Below, one piece after another: positions 10,144 to 20,215 of a stretch of 64,000 nucleotides of DNA. A model generated the notes under the pieces. It was not told the origin of the DNA, ran no database searches, and saw only the letters and a list, made by a program, of their open reading frames with translations. The stretch comes from Nitrospirota bacterium (GTDB taxonomy: Bacteria > Nitrospirota > Thermodesulfovibrionia > Thermodesulfovibrionales > UBA9159): the NCBI GenBank assembly GCA_963699545.1, contig CAVOUE010000010.1:64001-128000 (forward strand), given 5' to 3'. Each line of letters begins with the position of its first letter. Positions within the stretch are counted from its first letter, which is position 1. The position numbers and the translations under genes are program-made.

Positions 10144-11224
10144 TTACATAACCATTTCTACCGGTCTCGGGTAAGACTCCCGGATGAATGATACGGTCAG
10201 ATCATCATTGTAAACGGTGTCCTTAGCGGCTTGAACCATTGCCAGGATATTTGCCTCAGGCGTTCTCGGATTCAGGTCGCAGCCAGACCCCAGGATGAAA
10301 CCCGAGCCGTTTCCTGCCTCTTCGATGACACTCCGGGATTTCCAATAGACCGCTTCCGGAGTCCCGTAAAGCATGTAATCGATGGGATGGACATTACCGG
10401 AAATACAAATCTTCTTACCGACTTTTGCCTTGCACTCCTTCATGCTTATCGGATGGTCAACCTGTAATGCAAGGGCGCCCACGCTTGCCATCTGATCCCA
10501 TATCAGAGAAGTATCAGCACAGGTATGGTTCACTCCAACAACACCTTTGGACCAGGAGAAGTTAAATATCTCCTTAAGATAGGGAGCGGTGAATTCTGCA
10601 TACTGCTCGGGGAGACAGGATCGTGTTCGAAGAGAAAGGCTCAAGGGCAACAATGGCATGTGATCCTGCCGTGATCAACGCTTCCCAATAGGCGAGAGAG
10701 ACGTCTGTGCAGAAGCGAAGCAGTTTGTGCACCCATTCCGGGTCTTCGTAGGTCGCCATGAGGAGTTGCTCGGGGCCGTAAAGTTGACTGGCTGTCGTAA
10801 AAGGGCCGCCCGTTACAGGTACAATGATCTTTGTGTTATCGAGTCGTTTCTTCAGAAGTTCGATTTCCTTGCAAACATAAGGCATCCTTCCGTCCTTTTT
10901 GGGATCGGGCATCTTGAGTTTCTTGATGTCGCTTTTGTTTTTGATGAAGTAATCGACCACTACCGGGGTGTGCTCATAAACCTTCACCTTGGACCCGAGG
11001 CATTCTGCTTCCACAAAGAGGTCAGATCCTGCAACTACCGCGTCATCTTCAAATCTCTCAGCCCCCGCAAGCTTCCCTCCTACCATCTTTTCAGGATTAT
11101 AGAGACACTCCTCGGTGGTGAAACCTGCCACCCTCAATGACCGCGTGATGGAAAGTGGAGTTACCGGTACACGGTCCGGTTTCTCAAGTTTTACTGCTGC
11201 AACTATCCTTTCTAGTGAATTCAT
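10144..11224 (-). CDS. MtaA/CmuA (UroD-fold) Zn-dependent methyltransferase, split by a 1-nt frameshift near 10610
   Basis: ORFs 10574..11224 and 10144..10659 join as ..ILSP|EQYAEF. Motifs PDRVPV, DGRMP, GPFT, H-T-C and GSGC (Zn ligands). Extra base lies in a G/C run. Confidence 0.85.
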
Positions 11225-11269
11225 TTTTTTGCCTCCTTCTTATTGAGGAAATATTTGCTTTGCTTCTTA

Positions 11270-11917
11270 TCATGCTGCCAGGCCGATGAGCTTTTTTGCG
11301 GCGTGAACCGCCGTTGGCGCGTCAAAGCCACCGTAAGCGTCGGCCCCGATTTTTGCAGCCACTTTCTCGCTGGTAGCTGGGCCGCCGATAAGTATTTTAG
11401 CCTTGATACCCGCGGCCTTGGCCAGTTTGCAAACCTCTTCCATCTTGTCCAGGCAGATGCTCATAATAAGGGACATACCGATGAGGTCGGCATTCACCTC
11501 TTTTGCCTTGTCGATGAAAGCTTGCGGTTCCACGTCCACTCCAAGGTCGTAGACCTTAAACCCGCCGGCCCTCATCATCATACCGACCAGATTTTTGCCG
11601 ATGTCGTGCAGATCCCCTTTTGGAGTGCCAAGCACCATTGTTGCCTTGTAGTTCCCTTCCTTGCCCGCAAGTTTTTCTTCCACAAGTGCCTGTCCTGCTC
11701 CCAGGGCTTTGGCTGCCATTAGAACGTGAGTAATGAATCTCTCTCGCCTGAGCCACATATTTCCCACCTCTGTGAGACCAGCCGCGAGGCCGCTCGTGAT
11801 AATTTTTTGGGGGTCTACGCCTGCCTGAAGGGCTTCCCTTGTTGCAGCTTCAGTTTCTGGGACAGACATCGAAACAATAGCCTGCCGAATCCTGCCAAGT
11901 GAGTCTTTCTCTGACAT
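11270..11917 (-). CDS. Corrinoid (B12-binding) protein, MtaC/MtbC type
   Basis: Cap domain plus GDLHDIGKNLV (DxHxxG), DLGVDV, IGG. Confidence 0.92.
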   Translation of the reverse strand: MSEKDSLGRIRQAIVSMSVPETEAATREALQAGVDPQKIITSGLAAGLTEVGNMWLRRERFITHVLMAAKALGAGQALVEEKLAGKEGNYKATMVLGTPKGDLHDIGKNLVGMMMRAGGFKVYDLGVDVEPQAFIDKAKEVNADLIGMSLIMSICLDKMEEVCKLAKAAGIKAKILIGGPATSEKVAAKIGADAYGGFDAPTAVHAAKKLIGLAA

Positions 11918-11977
11918 TTTCCTCGTCCTCCTTTTTCCGAATTTTCAGGGTAAGAAATATTCATCCCCGATAAGATA

Positions 11978-12008
11978 ATTGTTACCATATATTAATATAT
12001 GTTGTCAA
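11978..12008 (-). promoter_or_regulatory. Candidate promoter/operator of the corrinoid operon
   Basis: Minus-strand TTGACA (12003-12008) with a perfect 16-bp palindrome CATATATTAATATATG (11986-12001) in the spacer. The -10 is weak. Confidence 0.5.
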
Positions 12009-12114
12009 GTGATAATAGTTGTTATAATATGTTTACTTAGAAATAGATATGTGATAAGATAATCAAATTGAAGGTCGAAGGCAAAATCAGTAAAATAATC
12101 CGGAGGGAAGGAAT

Positions 12115-12867
12115 ATGGAATTCCTAACGATACAGGAAGTTGCTCAAATTCTCAAAACACATACCAACACCGTTTATAAGATGTGCCGTGAAGGTAGTTT
12201 GCCATGTGTCAAAATAGGTAAGGAGTGGCGTATCGACCGGGCCAAATTTGCAAAGTTCATGGAGAGCGGGACCAAACAAAAGATGGAAGACCCGCTTCAC
12301 GGGTTTATTAGTGATGCCCTTAAAGGTGGTCATGTTCTCGGCGTTTTTACTGAGCAAGATGATATTGCTGAGTTTGAACTGGAATTTTTTAAAGCAGCGC
12401 CGAAGGATGGACGGCGGTTTCTTAAAGCGTGCTGGTGGCAGCATCCGGATGATGTCCGACAGTATCTTGCCAGGGGAGATTTCCCGGTGGAGGCGATGGA
12501 AGCTTCCGGGTCATTTGTCATAGCAGATTTAGGAAAGATCTTTTGCAGTTCCGGCCCGGTCAGCGCAGCAGAGGTCTGGATAACCGCCACTGAGGATGCC
12601 TTAAAACATGGTTTGAAGGGTCTAATTGGCTCTGGTTCCCCTCATTTCAACTGTTGCGGCAGCCACAGTGCCTTGTTAGAGTTTGAAGGCGCTTTAGACA
12701 AGGGATTAAAAGGTTTGCCGGTTGCCGGCGTTTGTTCTTACTTTATGGACAATGACGTGCCGGATGCCTTTCCCAGGTTTGTTGACCTCGTGGCGGATCA
12801 CGATAGGTTCTTTGTTAAGACAAAGGATGGCGGAATTTTCGCTAAGAATATAAGCTCATTCTCCTAA
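12115..12867 (+). CDS. Excisionase/MerR-like HTH + MEDS sensory domain regulator (DcmR-like architecture)
   Basis: FLTIQEVAQIL..TVYKMCREGSLPCVKIGKEWRI (HTH_17), then GGHVLGVF..SGSFVI..ALKHGLKGL..LLEFE..VCSY matching the MEDS pattern. Confidence 0.75.
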   Translation: MEFLTIQEVAQILKTHTNTVYKMCREGSLPCVKIGKEWRIDRAKFAKFMESGTKQKMEDPLHGFISDALKGGHVLGVFTEQDDIAEFELEFFKAAPKDGRRFLKACWWQHPDDVRQYLARGDFPVEAMEASGSFVIADLGKIFCSSGPVSAAEVWITATEDALKHGLKGLIGSGSPHFNCCGSHSALLEFEGALDKGLKGLPVAGVCSYFMDNDVPDAFPRFVDLVADHDRFFVKTKDGGIFAKNISSFS

Positions 12868-12976
12868 TGCGCCAGAAAAGTGGTATATTCAGAAGAAAGT
12901 TCTTATCGTACTATGGCAGAATTCATCCAGGAAAACTCACAGAGCCTTAAGAGTTAAACCATCGTATATGTTTCAC

Positions 12977-13066
12977 CTAAAGCCAATACTCGGGATATCT
13001 TCTGTTCTTTGAAAGGTTATTCACCACAAGGGCAACGATCAGAAGGATGCAGGCGCCGAGACCTGC
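12977..13066 (-). pseudogene. Isolated 3' fragment of an HPP-family gene
   Basis: Encodes AGLGACILLIVALVVNNLSKNRRYPEYWL*, 26/29 aa identical to the end of the HPP gene at 22813. Confidence 0.85.
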
Positions 13067-13080
13067 AATAGCGGGATTCG

Positions 13081-14442
13081 TTATTTTGTCTTTCTCATTT
13101 TTTTCAGCGCCTTTGCTATCTGACCCGTAATACTTTTTGTTCTTAGCTGAACATCTATCTTCCCGATATCTTCCATGACTGTATCTTTCTCGACCGCGAT
13201 CGACGACGATTTCCGCATGGAAAGGACCTGACTGGGATATACACTCCTGTGTCCGGTCATTAAGAAACTGATAATGCAGGAAATCGCAGCATAGGGCCCC
13301 ACGGACGCACCGAAAAGCTCTATGGCCATGATGCTTGCGGAAATAGGTGTATTCGCCGCGCCGGCAAGCACGGCTACCATTCCAAGAGCGGCGAACATGG
13401 CCGGGTCCAGTCCCAGTACGCTCCCAAACATGTTGCCCGATGCGGCCCCGACGAAAAAGATCGGCGTAACAATCCCGCCGCTCCCTCCGAAATTAAGGGT
13501 AATTGACGTGAAAAGCATCTTAAAGAGAAAAGCCAGTTTAGGTGTCTCCCTACCCTGCAGGGCGCCCTGGATAGTGTCTAACCCGAGGCCGAGGTACCGG
13601 CTTGAAAGAAGAAACGAAAAGATCGCAAGCACGGTTCCGCCCGCCACCGCCTTGTACGACATCGCCAGCTTTATCTTCTGGCTCATATCCTTAAAATATG
13701 TAAGCATCTCCACGAACAAGAAGGAACAAAGACCGAAAAACACGCCGCTGAAGCATACCTTGAGAAAAAAGAAACTGCTGAAAACGGGGACGAACTTCAG
13801 CGGCTCATGAAAATAGGTGATTCCCATGAGCGACGAGACGTGAAACCCAACAATGCCCGCAACGAACGAAGGGAGCAGTACGTCATAAAGCAGACCACCT
13901 ACAAAGAGCACCTCAACCCCAAATATTGCTCCGGCAATGGGGGTTCCGAATACGGTTGAAAATCCTGCACTGATGCCGCATATGACCAATCTTCTGCGGT
14001 CTTTATCATCGAACTTCAGCAGGTCGGAAAGTCCCGATGCAAGACCAGCGCCTATCTGAGCGCACGGTCCTTCTTTCCCCGCCGAGCCTCCAAAAGCAAT
14101 GGTGATGATCGTCGCGGCAAGTTTTACGGGAACAACCATCGGATTTATTTTCCCCGCACGTTTGTGCACCGCCTCTATCACCTTCTCTGTCCCGTGTCCT
14201 CCAGCTTCAGGGGCGAGATACTTCACGATAACAACGCTTAATAAAAATGCCACCGGGAGCAACAGATAATAATACTTGTACCCGTTTGTGAAATCAATTC
14301 CCAGTGCAAGCAGCTTGAGGAATACCGCCGTTGATGTCCCTACCACAACGCCCACACAGGCTGCGAGAAAGATCCATTTGCTGATGCTCACGAACAAAAC
14401 GGAGCTTTCGAGAATCTTTTTCCTCATTACGTTAATCTCCAA
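13081..14442 (-). CDS. ClC-family chloride channel/antiporter
   Basis: GGSAGKEGP, FGTPIAGAIFGVE, GGIVTP, multiple TM segments. Confidence 0.88.
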   Translation of the reverse strand: MEINVMRKKILESSVLFVSISKWIFLAACVGVVVGTSTAVFLKLLALGIDFTNGYKYYYLLLPVAFLLSVVIVKYLAPEAGGHGTEKVIEAVHKRAGKINPMVVPVKLAATIITIAFGGSAGKEGPCAQIGAGLASGLSDLLKFDDKDRRRLVICGISAGFSTVFGTPIAGAIFGVEVLFVGGLLYDVLLPSFVAGIVGFHVSSLMGITYFHEPLKFVPVFSSFFFLKVCFSGVFFGLCSFLFVEMLTYFKDMSQKIKLAMSYKAVAGGTVLAIFSFLLSSRYLGLGLDTIQGALQGRETPKLAFLFKMLFTSITLNFGGSGGIVTPIFFVGAASGNMFGSVLGLDPAMFAALGMVAVLAGAANTPISASIMAIELFGASVGPYAAISCIISFLMTGHRSVYPSQVLSMRKSSSIAVEKDTVMEDIGKIDVQLRTKSITGQIAKALKKMRKTK

Positions 14443-14624
14443 TGATCTTCGGGATTATGTATTATAATTGTTTCTTCCGCTCTTTGACAGGCCTCTCACC
14501 CGACGGCAAGATGATGATGGGCAACAAAGATATGATGAAAGCGCTGAAGAAGGTGAGGAGAAAATGAACTCGTGTGCCTTCTTGGGTTAAAAGTCTTTGC
14601 TGCGCTTTCCGAATTGTCAGGCAA

Positions 14625-15623
14625 TTACTTTAGAAGATATAAGAGCGCCATATTGGCTATATAAACGACAATGATTCCGATGGAATCCCACGCCAGAAAC
14701 AACCTTTTTTTCTCTGCCCTGTAAGTCAGACCGATAACTGCGACAGAGGTCATGGCAATAGCGGATAAGGCCGATATTACATGACTGGGATTCGTGAAAG
14801 ACAGGATGGGGCCTTTTACGAAAAAGATGTCGTCAATAGCGAGAATGAAGATGTTAAAAATATTACTTCCGAAGAGATTGCCGATTGCAAGGTCTATGGA
14901 AGCCATTCTTACGGCTGCTACAGAAACCACTGCCTCGGGAAGGGATGTGGAAACCGCGATAAATATGTTCGCCACAAACGTCTGTCCAAGCCCCGTCGCC
15001 TCGGCAATGCCTTCACCGACCTTAGGTAAGAATATCGCAGCAATTACGACAATGCCCGCATTGATAACATAATGCAGAATGGCGTCTTTTGTTTTCACGC
15101 TTTCATATCTGAGTTCTTTGGCGATCTCCTTCAGGAAGGTGGCCACCTGTCTCTTCTCATAAAAATAGACTAACCTCATTGCAATGAAGTAATTAATCAC
15201 AAACAGGAAAGTGTAGGCGCCGATCCAGCCCAACGGAGTGGCATATTCCGCAAAAGAGATACTTAAAGCAACGATACTGAGAAGAAGGATTCCGAAGCCT
15301 GCCGATAGGACATGTCCGTGATGGGCCTTTGTGGAAATCGGCACTGGTTTATAGAGAGCATCGAGGATCGCGAGAATAAGCATATTGAATACGCAACTTC
15401 CAAGCACATCGCCGACGGCTATATCCGGCACACCGGCATAAGTGACGGAGCTTACCCCCGTGACGAGTTCCGGCAGGGATGTAACAGAAGCCATGAGCAC
15501 AACACCAATCCATGCTCTTCCCATGCCTGTCTTTTCAGCGATCATATCGCCGTATTTTGAAAGCTTCGTCCCGGAATACACAATCGCCGTTGTACAGATT
15601 AGAAATTCAAGCCAGAGAAGCAT
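14625..15623 (-). CDS. Sodium:calcium (CaCA family) antiporter
   Basis: Two alpha repeats TSLPE..G(D/N)(V/L)(L/F)GS. Confidence 0.88.
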   Translation of the reverse strand: MLLWLEFLICTTAIVYSGTKLSKYGDMIAEKTGMGRAWIGVVLMASVTSLPELVTGVSSVTYAGVPDIAVGDVLGSCVFNMLILAILDALYKPVPISTKAHHGHVLSAGFGILLLSIVALSISFAEYATPLGWIGAYTFLFVINYFIAMRLVYFYEKRQVATFLKEIAKELRYESVKTKDAILHYVINAGIVVIAAIFLPKVGEGIAEATGLGQTFVANIFIAVSTSLPEAVVSVAAVRMASIDLAIGNLFGSNIFNIFILAIDDIFFVKGPILSFTNPSHVISALSAIAMTSVAVIGLTYRAEKKRLFLAWDSIGIIVVYIANMALLYLLK

Positions 15624-16044
15624 CAGAACCTCAGAGTATCAGATTAAAGATTTCACTTGCAAAATTATATCAGAATCTCATAACGAAAAGAGATTGTTGA
15701 CTTTCAGACCAAGATTCAAGGTGTTGCCGACAAGGTCACAGGATGGGGTTTTTATAAACGCTATGATGGGTCCTCACATGATGGGCAAGGTCAGAATGGG
15801 TTCCCGTTCGTGTTGGTTTTAAAAAACGAGGCGACAGCCCCCTGCTCGACTCTCAAGAAGTCGACATCGTCGGACTGTAAAGATTCTTGACAATTACCGC
15901 TGTGCAGGATGTTCTTTAAAAAGGGGTATGTGACTTTCCGGGTCCAGAAATCAACAAATGTTTCTGGAGGTAATATGTTTTGATAGTCGGGCCGCTATCT
16001 ATTTTAGTTAGCGGCTTTTTTATTTGGAGGCGAAAGACCGGAGA

Positions 16045-16701
16045 ATGGATCCTTTTGAATTCAAACAGTGTATAGGCCTTCTTAAAGCAACCGGAAGGAA
16101 GGCAAAGAATCTGCATGAGCTGCGCGCCGGAATAGAGGGAGCGAGCAAAGAATCTGTTTATTATCACACGTCTCAGTATTTATTAAAGGCGCGCAAGCTT
16201 GAATACACCAATGAGTTTGCACAATGGGCAGGTGAGAGCCTTGGGGAAAGAGTGCTTGCAGAGCATCTTTCTATTGTAGACCCTTATGAGTTTAAGGACT
16301 TTGTTGATCTGAAGGACAAGTTGCTGACCGTGATCGATGATTATCTGGAGACCTTCCCTGAGCCGAGAGAGGTAATTCCCGGCAATGAGTTCTATTTTAA
16401 CGAGACGATTACCCTGGTGATGTCTTCAGGGATGGAAGTGGATAACCTTGCTGAATTTCTTGTCGCTGCAAGGCATCTTGACGACAGCTCGATATACTAT
16501 CACTTTTATGAGTCAAGAACGCGGCTCGGCGGCGAGGATGATTTTACCAATTGGCTTGAGGACTCACTCGGAGAAACAGAACTTGCGGAAAAAATGAGGG
16601 CAATCGATCCTTTCATGTACGGAATAGAAGGAACGAGGAACCTCATAGTTAAGATGGTCGAGGAGAGGGTTAAAACAACAATGGAGAGCTTAGAGATATG
16701 A
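16045..16701 (+). CDS. DUF5752-like protein (internally duplicated)
   Basis: Repeated SxYYH..(N/D)(E/D)FxxW..SLG..LAE..DP module directly upstream of TreT. Confidence 0.7.
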   Translation: MDPFEFKQCIGLLKATGRKAKNLHELRAGIEGASKESVYYHTSQYLLKARKLEYTNEFAQWAGESLGERVLAEHLSIVDPYEFKDFVDLKDKLLTVIDDYLETFPEPREVIPGNEFYFNETITLVMSSGMEVDNLAEFLVAARHLDDSSIYYHFYESRTRLGGEDDFTNWLEDSLGETELAEKMRAIDPFMYGIEGTRNLIVKMVEERVKTTMESLEI

Positions 16702-17948
16702 ATTCTACGGAGGAAAACGGGAATGCCCTGCAGCTGGAGCTTAGGGATTATGTCGAGATCGCCCCAAGAGTTGACCTGTTGGTTATCCAGAAGCTTGCCG
16801 AGAGGTTCTCAGGACGTAGCTTCTTGCATGTGAATTCGACGAAAAGCGGCGGCGGGGTTGCCGAGATTCTCCAAAGGATGGTAGCCATTTTGAAGCGCCT
16901 CGGGATCAATACACGTTGGGAAATCTTACGAGGCGACACGAGATTTTTTGAAATAACAAAGAAGATCCATAATTCCCTTCAAGGTTCTATTGAAAGAATC
17001 ACGAAGGAAATGTGGCAACACTATTATGAAGTCAACAGGCAGAATGCCGAGAATATAAGCCTTGACGCAGACCTGGTTCTAATACATGATCCCCAGCCTG
17101 CGCCGCTGATAGAATTCAGAAAGACGGGAAGATGGATCTGGAGATGCCACATTGATGTCTCGAACCCCTTAAAAGAGACATGCGATCATCTCAGGCAATA
17201 CTGCGAGAAGTATGACGCTGCCATCTTTTCCTCTTCCAGATTTGCTCAATTACTTCCGATAGACGAGTTTATTATTCCGCCGTCGATAGCTCCTCTAAGC
17301 GACAAGAACAGGGAACTTCAAAAAGACGAGATTTCGGTTGTGCTGAAAAGGCTTAATGTGCCGGGTGATAAACCCATTATCCTTCAGGTATCGCGATTTG
17401 ACAGGTTCAAAGATCCGATAGGAGTAATCAAGGCATACAAACTTGTTAGAAAGTACAATGACTGCAGGCTTGTCCTCGCCGGAAGTCCCGCGGACGATGA
17501 CCCTGAAGGGGAAACCGTCCTGAATGAAGTGAGGGAATTCGCGGGGGACGATCCGGATATACACATTCTTCTCCTGCCGCCGTTCAGTGACATTGAGATA
17601 AACGCATTGCAGAGAGCGGCCACCGTTGTTTTTCAAAAATCTTTGAAGGAAGGGTTCGGGCTTACGGTCTCTGAGGCGATGTGGAAGGGGAAGCCTGTAA
17701 TAGGTGGCGCAACAGGCGGCATTCCACTTCAGATACTGCATGGTGTTACAGGATTTCTTGTGTATTCAGTGGAGGGTGCGGCATTCAGAGCTAGACAGAT
17801 CCTTAACAATCCTGCTATGGCAAAGAGGATGGGCGAAAAGGGCAAAGAATACGTACGGCAGAATTTTCTCATAACCAGGCAGGTGAGAGATTATCTTTCT
17901 TTGTGGTACACACTGGAAAACAAAGGGAAAAGTGTTCTGGAGATTTAG
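16698..17948 (+). CDS. GT4 glycosyltransferase, trehalose synthase TreT-like
   Basis: VNSTKSGGGVAE, IHDPQP, WRCHID, SRFDRFKDP, EGFGLTVSEAMWKG. Confidence 0.85.
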   Translation: MNSTEENGNALQLELRDYVEIAPRVDLLVIQKLAERFSGRSFLHVNSTKSGGGVAEILQRMVAILKRLGINTRWEILRGDTRFFEITKKIHNSLQGSIERITKEMWQHYYEVNRQNAENISLDADLVLIHDPQPAPLIEFRKTGRWIWRCHIDVSNPLKETCDHLRQYCEKYDAAIFSSSRFAQLLPIDEFIIPPSIAPLSDKNRELQKDEISVVLKRLNVPGDKPIILQVSRFDRFKDPIGVIKAYKLVRKYNDCRLVLAGSPADDDPEGETVLNEVREFAGDDPDIHILLLPPFSDIEINALQRAATVVFQKSLKEGFGLTVSEAMWKGKPVIGGATGGIPLQILHGVTGFLVYSVEGAAFRARQILNNPAMAKRMGEKGKEYVRQNFLITRQVRDYLSLWYTLENKGKSVLEI

Positions 17949-20215
17949 ATGAAGATTACGTTTCGCCTTATCGTTTCACTTCTTATTGTGGTAGCTCTGA
18001 CTGCCATTGTTTTTTCGTTTTATCAAGTCAGCGCTGAAAGGCTACGTCTCACATCCGAGTTGGAACGGCGAGCTATCGTCCTGGCAGAGAGTTTACAGGA
18101 ATCTGCTATACCTCTGGTGCAGTCAAATGCACTCCCCAGATTGAATCGCCTTGTCGAGCGATTCGGAAACCGCGAGAGGCTCAAGGGAGTTGCCGTGCTC
18201 GACGGGCAGGGAAATATAATAGTAACAACAGCCGGGCTCAAGTCTCACATACTCCAGCCCTTGCCCCAGGCGGTCACCTCCGTCGCGGAAAGGAGACCAG
18301 TGGACGGCTTCTTAGCCGTCGAGGGAAAGAAAACTTATATTTATGCGCTTCCCTTGTCGGCGGAGGATCAACTTATAGGTTCTCTTGCGCTTTTTTATGA
18401 TGCTTCCTACATTGGCGTGAGGCTTGAAGGCATATGGAAGCATAACCTTTTTCGGTTTTTGACATTATCGGTTCTGATCGCGGTGATTACCCTTTTGGTG
18501 ATAAGGTGGAGCATCACAGGTCCGATTGCAAACTTTGCAGAATGGATGAGGGAATTGCGAATGGGGAAAAGCAAAATCAGCCAACCGGTTCCTTCCGTAA
18601 GGGGAGACATTTTAGCGCCGCTGATTACAGAAGCTGCCCACTTGGCGAAGAGTCTCGCGATTGCACGGGCACGGGCGGAAGAGGAGGCGAGGTTACGTGT
18701 TCAGGCTGAATCACTCTGGACGGCAAACAGGCTGAAGGAGCATATGCGTGTTGAACTCGGAGGCAAGAAACTGTTTTTGATTTCGAACAGGGAACCTTAT
18801 ATGCATGTTAAGGATGGCCGCAATGTCAAGTGCATCACCCCGGCAGGCGGATTAGTCACCGCGCTTGATCCGGTCATGCGGATATGTGACGGCGTCTGGA
18901 TTGCCCATGGAAGTGGAGAGGCGGATCGCGAGGTTGTCGATGCCGGCGACAGATTGCGCGTGCCTCCCGAAGAACCTGCCTATGCCTTGAAGAGGATATG
19001 GCTTACCAAGGAAGAGGAAACGGATACTATTATGGTTTTTCGAATGAGGGACTTTGGCCCTTATGCCATATTACTCACACACGTCCCATTTTCCGGTTGG
19101 AGGATTGGGTTCTATTACCAAAAGGTAAATGAGAAGTTCGCGGAGGCATTGCTGCAAGAGGTCGCCGATGAAGAATCTCCTCTCGTTCTGATCCAGGATT
19201 ATCATCTTGCATTGCTGCCGTTTCTGGTCAAAAAGAAGCGCCCGGATGCAAAGATAGCGCTCTTTTGGCACATCCCGTGGCCCAATCCTGAAGCGTACGG
19301 CATCTGTCCCTGGCATCGGGAGATCCTTATGGGGATGCTGGCGGCTGATATAGTCGGCTTTCACATACAGTTCCATTGCAATAATTTTCTGGATACGGTC
19401 GATAGGTTCCTGGAATCAAAGATCGACTGGGAGCAGTTCTCTAGTGAGCCGCGGCGGGCACACGACGTTGATAAAGCCCTTTCCCATAAGTGTCAGTTTT
19501 GAAGCGCGCTTCGGATAAAGAAATCGCAATCCGTGAGAAGACAAGTTCAAGAGAAAACATACTTAAGGAGATAGATGCACATGCGGACTACCTCGGGGTC
19601 GGCGTCGACCGCATCGATTATACCAAAGGCATCCCCGAGCGATTCAGGGCAATTGAGAGGTTTCTGGAAAAATATCCCGAATTTGTGGGCAGGTTCACAT
19701 TTGTAGAGCTTGGCGCGCCGAGCCGTACGCATATCAAGAAATACAGGGATCTCACAACGGAGGTCGAAGAAATGGTTGACAAGATCAACTGGAGATTTCA
19801 GACAAAGGGATGGAAGCCTATTGTCTTTCTTAAGGCGCACCACAGCCACGAGGAGATAACCCGCTTCTATAAGACAGCCGACATCTGCATGGTGACCTCC
19901 CTGCATGACGGTATGAATCTGGTCGCCAAGGAATTTGTGGTAGCGCGTGATGACGAAGACGGGGTATTGGTTCTCAGTCAATTTGCCGGCGCGTCGCGTG
20001 AACTGAAGGATGCGGTGATTATAAATCCTTATGATATCGAGGATATGGCGGATGCGATACATCTTTCGCTTACAATGGAGCCCTCGGAGCGAACTGAACG
20101 GATGCAGAGGATGCGGGCTGTGGTCAAAGAGCATAATATCTATCGCTGGGCTGGAAATCTGATCACGTCATTGGCACGCCTGAGACCTGTGGGAATGCAG
20201 AATGGGAGAACTTAG
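17949..20215 (+). CDS. otsA: Trehalose-6-phosphate synthase with N-terminal TM-periplasmic-TM-HAMP-like sensor region (frameshifted)
   Basis: SNREPY, GGLVTAL, QDYHL, FWHIPWP, GVDRIDYTKG, DGMNLVAKE. Frameshifts near 19020, 19110 and 19440. Confidence 0.85.

Noticed and set aside
12115-12270. Excisionase indicating a mobile element
   Set aside because: The HTH is fused to a sensory domain and no integrase is nearby, so it is a regulator.
15690-15900. Possible ion-sensing riboswitch upstream of the antiporter/ClC genes
   Set aside because: Only short stems, with no fluoride, Mn or Na riboswitch consensus recognisable by eye.
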